Assembly: GCA_003056265.1 (NCBI GenBank)
Contig: NBVN01000004.1
Location: 120,001 to 152,000 of the forward strand
Reading direction: 5' to 3'
Length of the DNA: 32,000 nt
From: Zestosphaera tikiterensis
GTDB lineage: Archaea > Thermoproteota > Thermoprotei_A > Sulfolobales > NBVN01
A program made the position numbers and the translations under genes. The notes beneath the pieces were generated by a model. The model saw only the letters and a list, made by a program, of their open reading frames with translations. It ran no database searches and was not told the origin of the DNA. This document shows positions 8,233 through 14,306 of this stretch, in pieces (within the stretch, counting starts at the first letter, position 1; each line of letters starts with the position of its first letter).

Positions 8233-8508
8233 ATGGATTTAGTGGATTTCATACGTGGGTTAACAACACAGATAATTGCTATCGTGTGGGTGGTTTTCTT
8301 AATTACGTGGGTGGTGGGTTGGGCTCTTAGAGGTTCCCCAATACCGATACATAGGATTAAAAGGTTGGGACAGTCCCTCATAGAGGATTCGGTAATAGCT
8401 GCTTTCTGGCTTGCTTTAGGGTCAACGGTCTTCGCCTTAATAACTTTCATAGCGAGCAATATATCGCAGCCGTTCCCACCCCCACCAACACCGACGCCCC
8501 AGCCTTGA
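8233..8508 (+). CDS. small 2-TM membrane protein, VirB2/TrbC/CedA1-like topology, Pro/Thr-rich C-tail
   Basis: The sequence is MDLVDFIRGL + TM1 (TTQIIAIVWVVFLITWVVGWAL) + basic loop (RGSPIPIHRIKRLGQSLIED) + TM2 (SVIAAFWLALGSTVFALITFIA) + SNISQPFPPPPTPTPQP. The track ORF opens at the GTG at 8209. The pilin-like call rests on topology only. Confidence 0.6.
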   Translation: MDLVDFIRGLTTQIIAIVWVVFLITWVVGWALRGSPIPIHRIKRLGQSLIEDSVIAAFWLALGSTVFALITFIASNISQPFPPPPTPTPQP

Positions 8509-8518
8509 GGGTTAAGAC

Positions 8519-9865
8519 TTGGATTACCTAGTTATTGCTTATAACCTAGCACTACTTAGCTATTCGTTAGGGGTTTTACTGCTTGCTTCACCGATACCGT
8601 CAAAAAGCGTTAAAAGCTGGGGAAGTAAGTTAATAAGCGATTCTTTAATGACTGCCATCCTAATCTCGTCAATAACGCTTATTCAGGGAATCGGCGCCTA
8701 CATACTTAAAGTTTTAAACGTTAGTTGGGAGGAGTTCTTCACGTGGTTATATGTTAGGACTTTAACGTTAGTTAGTTTTTACACAGTCTTAACTCAGGTA
8801 GCGTCATACCTCAAGCATGTTGAGCTATCCTTCCTAACAAGCCCTATAGGGTATGTAGTCTCCTTAATATCGTTATCTTTCACTTCCTTAAGGACTATCT
8901 ACGTATTATCAAACGTTATATACGCGTTTAAAGACAAGTTAGCGGTTTTGGGGGTGCTTCTCTACTCACTTCCGTTTAGGGTAGGTAAGGGTGTTGGTTC
9001 GTTCTTCATCGCAGCGTCTATAGTGATGTTCGTAGGCTTTCCGTTAATGCCGCACTTCATACAATCATTTGAAGCCAGCTATCCTTCAAAAACGCTCTTA
9101 GAAAGCAAGACCATAACTGTTAATGTAGTGGATGTTAACGGTAGAGGGCTTCCGTATCCTATAGTTAAGTTTTACTTAGTTAGAGAACTTAACAACCCTA
9201 TAGGTGTGGTTTTAGGGGATGTCGAAGGTAAGTTAATAATAGGTGACGGTCTCGACGTATTACCTAAGGAGAACTTCACACTTCAAGTTCAAATTGAATA
9301 CCTAGGCATGAGTTTCACGCCGGTTCCTGACTACATAACTAGTGAATTCGAGATAAATACTCTATCAATTCCTCAACTACTTATGCTGCCCGGCTTAGCT
9401 CTCTTAAGGAATGGAGACGTAGAGTTTGTTGATGTCCTATACGACTACGGTTCAGCCGACATAACCGTAAAGGCGTTTACTAACTCTAAAGTAACTTTAG
9501 TTAAATACTTAAAAACAAACGTTACTTACGTGGAAGTTAACGGCAGGGAAACGTCATGTATATGGAGTGATGAGACGTGGTATGGTATATCGATAAGCAC
9601 TTGCTCCATTGAATTAAACGGCTCCGACAGCTACACATCTCTGAAGCTAATATATACGCCGTCGCAACCTTCAGCACCTAACGTAGGTGAGGTTAGATTA
9701 ATCTATAAGGAATCGATTATAGATGATTTAACTAACCTTATAAACGTCGCCGTAACTTACATCTATACATACATCTTCCTTCCCGGTGTTTACGTAGTGA
9801 TACTTACTTCCATGACGCACGCGCTTTCTAAGGTCTTAGGAGGTAGTAGATTAAGGCTGATGTGA
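8519..9865 (+). CDS. polytopic membrane protein (about 5-6 N-terminal TMs) with large extracytoplasmic beta-rich domain and C-terminal TM anchor; possible CedA/VirB6-like
   Basis: A TTG start lies 10 nt after the upstream stop. The first ~190 aa are hydrophobic helices. Residues ~195-400 are beta-strand-like (TITVNVVDVNGRGLPYPIVKFYLV... resembles a carboxypeptidase-regulatory/Ig-like fold). The final TM is VTYIYTYIFLPGVYVVILTSM. Confidence 0.6.
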   Translation: MDYLVIAYNLALLSYSLGVLLLASPIPSKSVKSWGSKLISDSLMTAILISSITLIQGIGAYILKVLNVSWEEFFTWLYVRTLTLVSFYTVLTQVASYLKHVELSFLTSPIGYVVSLISLSFTSLRTIYVLSNVIYAFKDKLAVLGVLLYSLPFRVGKGVGSFFIAASIVMFVGFPLMPHFIQSFEASYPSKTLLESKTITVNVVDVNGRGLPYPIVKFYLVRELNNPIGVVLGDVEGKLIIGDGLDVLPKENFTLQVQIEYLGMSFTPVPDYITSEFEINTLSIPQLLMLPGLALLRNGDVEFVDVLYDYGSADITVKAFTNSKVTLVKYLKTNVTYVEVNGRETSCIWSDETWYGISISTCSIELNGSDSYTSLKLIYTPSQPSAPNVGEVRLIYKESIIDDLTNLINVAVTYIYTYIFLPGVYVVILTSMTHALSKVLGGSRLRLM

Positions 9866-9866
9866 T

Positions 9867-10016
9867 TTGAAGCGCTATATTACACCCCTTCTGATGTTTT
9901 TAGCTTTAGCGACGGTTTTACTTAACGACAGTGATTTCACACTTAAGGTCTTAAGCATCATCATATTTCTAATCTACTTGCTGGCTGAACACTACCGTAG
10001 AAGAGCATTAACTTAA
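9867..10016 (+). CDS. unannotated 49-aa 2-TM membrane peptide (CedA2-like position)
   Basis: A TTG start lies 1 nt after the stop of the 448-aa gene. Manual translation gives MKRYITPLLMFLALATVLLNDSDFTLKVLSIIIFLIYLLAEHYRRRALT*. There are two hydrophobic segments and a basic C-terminus. The ORF is below the track's length cutoff. An internal ATG at 9894 is an alternative start. Confidence 0.45.
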   Translation: MKRYITPLLMFLALATVLLNDSDFTLKVLSIIIFLIYLLAEHYRRRALT

Positions 10017-10071
10017 CAGCTTCGTTAAATTTGATGATGTTGTTATGAATCATACGTGTTTAATAGCTTCA

Positions 10072-11106
10072 TCAAGCACTAGTACGTTTCATATATTCGT
10101 AAGCTTTACTCCTTAAGTATTCGACGAGTTCGTTTAGGTTTATGCTATGGAGGGCGCTGATTGTGAATATCCTCCCTTTAAATACGTTGTTAACTTCCTT
10201 TAAAACATCCTCTAAGTGCTTGGTTGTTATTTCATCGATTTTGTTGATAACTACTATCATCTCCTTATCTTTAAACATCGTTAGGAAGCTCTTAAGTAAG
10301 TCAAGTTGTTGATTTAATGGGTAGTAGCTTGAAGGCCTTGGATCTATCATGAAGACTATCACGTCAGCTAAGAATTTAAGAGCTGTTAAAGCCCTTCTCT
10401 CTATATCGTTAAGCTCGTCTAACGGCCTGTCAAGTATGCCTGGTGTGTCAATAATCTGAAACTTAAAGTGGTTGAAGGATACATGCCCTAATATTATGTT
10501 CTTAGTTGTGAATGGGAACGGTGAAACCTCAGGCTTAGCGGATGAGATCGTCCTAACCAAAGTTGATTTACCTACTTGAGGCATGCCGGCAACGACGACT
10601 TTAAGTTGATTGAATTCTATGCATGGCAACCTCCTTAACTCATTTAAGGCTGTGTTTAACCTCCTGAGGTCATCGTCGATCCTCCTAACTATAGACAGCG
10701 TCCTACCTATGAATTCCCTTAAGTCTTTCCTTGCTTCACTTACGGTTAAGCTAAGCTTAACCCTAAGTCTGTAATGCTTCCATAACCTCCTTAAAGTTCT
10801 TCTAAGTCCTGTAAGTTTGCCGTAAAGAGAGGCGTAGTCTGTAATGCCTGCTATAGATAAAATCTCGACGTAGAATAGAGGTAACTCATCGGGCTTCGGT
10901 ATGTACTCACACACTTTAAACACTTTATCGTCGACGTAGTGGTAGACTTTATCAAGCTTCGTTAACGTTTTCAACATTCCTTTTTTCTTAACCTTCCTAG
11001 CAAGCGCTATAGGTTCTGAATATATGCTTAGGACGTTTTCCCTAACCTCCTCATAGGAACTTAACCTAACGTTCTTAAGTTTTAAGCTTAAGCACGCCTC
11101 CTCCAT
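10072..11106 (-). CDS. NOG1-family GTP-binding protein (Obg/DRG-class GTPase, COG1084)
   Basis: G1 is AGMPQVGKST, G3 is DTPG and G4 is NKID. The helical N-terminal domain and ~340 aa length match the archaeal NOG1 architecture. Confidence 0.85.
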   Translation of the reverse strand: MEEACLSLKLKNVRLSSYEEVRENVLSIYSEPIALARKVKKKGMLKTLTKLDKVYHYVDDKVFKVCEYIPKPDELPLFYVEILSIAGITDYASLYGKLTGLRRTLRRLWKHYRLRVKLSLTVSEARKDLREFIGRTLSIVRRIDDDLRRLNTALNELRRLPCIEFNQLKVVVAGMPQVGKSTLVRTISSAKPEVSPFPFTTKNIILGHVSFNHFKFQIIDTPGILDRPLDELNDIERRALTALKFLADVIVFMIDPRPSSYYPLNQQLDLLKSFLTMFKDKEMIVVINKIDEITTKHLEDVLKEVNNVFKGRIFTISALHSINLNELVEYLRSKAYEYMKRTSA

Positions 11107-11342
11107 ATAGCGACTCCCTTCCTTCTAATCTCTATTATCCTATGCAACGGTATGGTTAAATCGTTGAAGAGTATCCTGTCCTTTAACAACTTAACGTCGG
11201 GTTTTAAAGGTAATTCCATGACGTTATTTTCCGTACCTCTATTAACTATCAATACGCTATACTCGCTTAACTCCACACTGCTTGATGAATATATAATCTT
11301 CTTAAGCACTTCACGAACCTCTACTTTCCTTAACCTCAACAC
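11088..11342 (-). CDS. UPF0248/DUF504 family small protein
   Basis: The protein is 84 aa. The C-terminal motif IPLHRIIEIRRKGVAIWRRR matches my recollection of the family hallmark (IP.HRI..I...G..IW.R). It overlaps the downstream GTPase gene by 19 nt, so the two form an operon. Confidence 0.65.
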   Translation of the reverse strand: MLRLRKVEVREVLKKIIYSSSSVELSEYSVLIVNRGTENNVMELPLKPDVKLLKDRILFNDLTIPLHRIIEIRRKGVAIWRRRA

Positions 11343-11398
11343 CCTACTATCTAAGCAGGCGTTGAAGCTATTTAAGCTTATACACTACACGTAATTAA

Positions 11399-11410
11399 GC
11401 TTTATATTTT
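11399..11410 (+). promoter_or_regulatory. TATA-like box for the proteasome beta gene
   Basis: GCTTTATATTTT is centred about 22 nt upstream of the ATG at 11427, a leaderless-style arrangement. Confidence 0.35.
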
Positions 11411-11426
11411 ACTTATTGTTGTTTAA

Positions 11427-12044
11427 ATGGGTGTGAAGATGGCTTATGCGAGTGTAGGTACTGGAGCTACAGCAGTAGGTGTGAAGATCAACAATGGAGT
11501 GGTATTAGCTTCCGAGAAGCGGGTTTCATACGGAGGCTTTATAATGAGTAAGACCGCTAGGAAGGTCTTCCCGATAAAGAACCGTTTCGGTATAGCGTTC
11601 GCAGGGCTTTTCTCGGACATACAGACTTTAAACAGGACTATGAACGTCTTAATTCATCAATATGAGATTGAAAACGGCAGACCTATAACCGTGCATTCAG
11701 CCGCTAAGCTCCTCTCCGTTATTCTATACCAGAATAAATACCTGCCGTTCTTGTCGGAGATAATATTCGGGGGGATCGACGAATCCGGACCTCACCTATA
11801 CGTTATGGACGCTTTAGGTTCGTTGATAGAGGACGATTACGCTGCCGTAGGTACTGGAGCGCCTATAGCTATAGGCATAATCGAATCTAGGTATAAACCA
11901 GATATGAGCGTTGAGGAAGCGATTAAGCTTGTCGCCGACGCCATATCAGCCGCTGTGAAGAGAGACGTCATGTCTGGTGACGGCGTTGATATAGTAGCTA
12001 TAACGTCGAAAGGCGTGATTGAGGAGACACGACCTATATCTTAA
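11427..12044 (+). CDS. psmB: 20S proteasome beta subunit, apparently the non-catalytic paralogue (Thr1 replaced by Ala)
   Basis: The sequence aligns gap-free to Thermoplasma beta as recalled from memory: ETG|TTTVGITLKDAVIMATERRV vs GTG|ATAVGVKINNGVVLASEKRV. Glu17 and Lys33 equivalents are kept, but position 1 is Ala. Confidence 0.9.
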   Translation: MGVKMAYASVGTGATAVGVKINNGVVLASEKRVSYGGFIMSKTARKVFPIKNRFGIAFAGLFSDIQTLNRTMNVLIHQYEIENGRPITVHSAAKLLSVILYQNKYLPFLSEIIFGGIDESGPHLYVMDALGSLIEDDYAAVGTGAPIAIGIIESRYKPDMSVEEAIKLVADAISAAVKRDVMSGDGVDIVAITSKGVIEETRPIS

Positions 12045-12070
12045 CGCTGTAAAGGAAGTGTTTAACTGTA

Positions 12071-12727
12071 ATGATTTTCAACACGTTTAAAGCTCAGGAA
12101 CTTCAGAAGATACTTTCAGCTAAGGTTATCCGAGAAGGAGGTCCTGACAGGATAAGCTTAGTTGTCGGTTTAGACATATCCTACGTTAAAGGCGTTGGAA
12201 TAGCTGTAGCTACGCTGCATGCCTACCCTGGCATGGATTTAATTAAGTATTCAGTAGCCGTTGATGAAGTTAATATACCTTATATTCCAGGATTGCTTGC
12301 TTTTAGGGAAGCACCTTTAATGTTCGCTGCTTATGAAAGCTTGAATGAAGATAGCGATTTAATTCTCGTAGACGGCCACGGCATAACACATCCGCGTGGC
12401 TTCGGCATAGCTTCACATATAGGTCTAGTTCTCGATAAACCTACCATAGGAGTTGCTAAAAGCGTTTTAATCGGCAATGAAGTTGTCTTAGGGGGTAGGA
12501 AGTATTTAGAGGTTAACGGGGATTTAAGAGCTTACGTAGTGGAATTCAGTAGCAGATCTAAAGTCTACTTAAGTGTAGGTCATAAAGTAGGTTTGAAGTT
12601 TATTGAGGATATAGCCCCAACACTTTTCAAAGGTAATAAGCTGCCTGAACCAACATATAAAGCAGACCAAATATCTAAAGTGGTGAAAAGTAGGTATGTA
12701 CCTCGTGCTGAGGGGCGAGGTAGTTGA
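12071..12727 (+). CDS. nfi: endonuclease V (deoxyinosine 3' endonuclease)
   Basis: Family motifs are present: VVGLDISY, LLAFRE, VDGHGITHPRGFGIASHIG and PTIGVAKS. Confidence 0.9.
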   Translation: MIFNTFKAQELQKILSAKVIREGGPDRISLVVGLDISYVKGVGIAVATLHAYPGMDLIKYSVAVDEVNIPYIPGLLAFREAPLMFAAYESLNEDSDLILVDGHGITHPRGFGIASHIGLVLDKPTIGVAKSVLIGNEVVLGGRKYLEVNGDLRAYVVEFSSRSKVYLSVGHKVGLKFIEDIAPTLFKGNKLPEPTYKADQISKVVKSRYVPRAEGRGS

Positions 12728-13115
12728 AGGCTTCGGCGTCGGCGCTAAGTACGTAACGATGCCTTCATACAACATATTACTTACGGAATTACTTGACGGC
12801 GTTCCATACCCGGGCACTTTAAACATACGCATAAATAGCACCTATGAAGAACTAGTTAAGAACTGCACCCCCTCAAACATCAAGAGCATCGTAGTTGGTG
12901 GTGAGGAAAGAGGGGGTTTCTACTATTGGTTTGGTGAGATATTAGGTAAGGAAAACCTCTGGGTTTTAGTCACCAGACCTCATCTAAGTAAACACGAACC
13001 AGACATTATTGAAGTACTAGCTGAAGAAAACCTAAGGGAAAAGCTCTCCCTACGTAACGGCTCAGAAATAACTTTAAAGATCTACTGCGGTGAGTTAACC
13101 TCAAGCAGGAAATAA
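12696..13115 (+). CDS. ribK: CTP-dependent riboflavin kinase (archaeal RibK, DUF120)
   Basis: LRGEVVEGFGVGAKYV...YPGTLNI matches the MJ0056-type riboflavin kinase beta-barrel signature. The gene overlaps nfi by 32 nt. Confidence 0.8.
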   Translation: MYLVLRGEVVEGFGVGAKYVTMPSYNILLTELLDGVPYPGTLNIRINSTYEELVKNCTPSNIKSIVVGGEERGGFYYWFGEILGKENLWVLVTRPHLSKHEPDIIEVLAEENLREKLSLRNGSEITLKIYCGELTSSRK

Positions 13116-13196
13116 ATCACTACAGAATCCTCCTTTTAAAGCGGGAAAGGTAGGGTTAAGATCATATTTATTAACGTAGTAACTATAACCTAACGG

Positions 13197-13247
13197 TTGA
13201 TGAACGGACTACGGCCTGAATATAATGATGATAAACCGCATTTCTGA
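13197..13247 (+). ncRNA. C/D-box sRNA (canonical archaeal architecture)
   Basis: The layout is C TTGATGA (13197-13203), a 12-nt guide ACGGACTACGGC, D' CTGA (13216-13219), a 5-nt linker, C' ATGATGA (13225-13231), a 12-nt guide TAAACCGCATTT and D CTGA (13244-13247). The C' box and both D-type boxes match consensus; the C box deviates only at its first position (U for R). Both spacers are exactly 12 nt. The RNA is intergenic. Confidence 0.8.
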
Positions 13248-13349
13248 GTATATCGCCTTAAGCTAAGCTTTAATTCATGCTTAAAGTCCAATCGAATTAG
13301 GTGTTGCTACTTCCCACTATATTTTAAAGACTCCACTTAGGAAGTATTA

Positions 13350-13604
13350 ATGGTGTGGTGCGTGAGTAAAGCTGGTGTGAAGGGTTACGTTAAAACAAAC
13401 GTTTTCTTTACTACATATGATGAAGCTTTAGCTGAAGAAATACTTAAGCTAATCGAATCTAAATATAAAGTACTAGAAAAACATAGAAGTCGAGTAACTA
13501 ACGATTTCTACTTCGTGTCTATAGAGGGTAACGCTGAAGACCTTGAAGAACTACTGAAAGGTAAGGTAAGTTGGTTTAAAGTTGACGTACTTGTTTTCAG
13601 GTAG
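13350..13604 (+). CDS. hypothetical 84-aa protein (orphan)
   Basis: This is an ATG-started ORF with no recognisable motif. It lies between a C/D sRNA and an LE-like repeat. Confidence 0.4.
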   Translation: MVWCVSKAGVKGYVKTNVFFTTYDEALAEEILKLIESKYKVLEKHRSRVTNDFYFVSIEGNAEDLEELLKGKVSWFKVDVLVFR

Positions 13605-13650
13605 CTTAAAAACCGAAAAGATGTAATGGATCGTTTCACTCTTGTCTTAG

Positions 13651-13762
13651 TTTCCCAGAAGGTCTTGGAGACCCTACGCTTACAGTTTCCTCATATAAAG
13701 TCAAAAATACTAGTGAAAAGCTTCCTCATTCCTACCTTAAAACGAGGCTTTCAGTTGTAACT
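13651..13762 (-). repeat. ~110-nt repeat ending in a TnpB-element left-end-like terminus (copy A)
   Basis: The plus strand TTTCCCAGAAGGTCTTGGAG...CATATAAAGTCAAAAATACTAGTGAAAAGCTTCCTCATTCCTACCTTAAAACGAGGCTTTCAGTTGTAAC is collinear with 24471-24587 (CTTCCCTGAAGGTCTTGGGA...CGTATAAAGTCAAAACTAACTAAAAGCTTCCTTACCCTCACCTTAAAACGAGGCTTTCAGCTGTAAA). Confidence 0.7.
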
Positions 13763-13782
13763 CGTTAGACTCTACGTATATG

Positions 13783-14154
13783 TCAGTTATATATACTTAC
13801 TGGGGTGAGTTCGATGGGTAGGGACCTACTCTGTGTGTAGGTCTTTCCAGTTATGTCTGAGTATTGCAGTTCCACGTTTAAACTTGCTGTCTGACCGGCA
13901 ACCGCTGTGGCTTTAATTAGGAGGGTTATGTTCATAGATTCGTTAGGGTTTAAATCACCTAAGTAGTATGTGGTGGGTGTGATGGGGATTAGCTGAGCTG
14001 ACGTACCTACATTAACTAACACGTTCTTTAAAGGAACGTCACCCGAATTCCTAACCGTTAACGTAAGGTTTGAACTACCCGGTGTGTATATGTTCTTAGG
14101 GAAGGAGTTAACCTCCACAAGGATTTTAGACGGCTCTATAGTAAAACCTCTCAC
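13783..14154 (-). pseudogene. 5'-truncated CARDB/COG1361 S-layer-like beta-sandwich domain fragment
   Basis: The 123-aa ORF has only a GTG start and no signal peptide. The pattern L.V.V.N.G...L.NV.V.......I......LG.L.P.ES....L.I.A...AG......V.L.Y.D..G is typical of CARDB/NEW3 domains. The reading frame stays open upstream into the IS left end (to 14184), so the 5' part appears to have been lost at the element boundary. Confidence 0.5.
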
Positions 14155-14306
14155 ATACGTTTTACAACTGAAAGCCTTGCTTCTTTAGGGTGGGGATGGA
14201 TAGGTTAAACTTATAAAGCTTAAGCTTACATAACACTTAGGTTGGGAATTCTATGGCTGGCCAACGAAAGCAGTGGATGTCCCTGGTGGGGGGAAACCCC
14301 ACCGCA

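Noticed and set aside
7921-8459. ORFs 7921-8190 (+) and 8193-8459 (-).
   Set aside because: The first is antisense to the 5' end of the PAPS-reductase-like gene. The second is antisense to the 2-TM membrane protein, whose two clean TM helices and downstream coupling make the plus-strand reading more credible.
11152-11394. An 80-aa plus-strand ORF antisense to the UPF0248 gene.
   Set aside because: It is a shadow ORF. The minus-strand product carries the family C-terminal motif.
12569-12841. A 90-aa minus-strand ORF across the nfi/ribK junction.
   Set aside because: It is antisense to two motif-supported genes.
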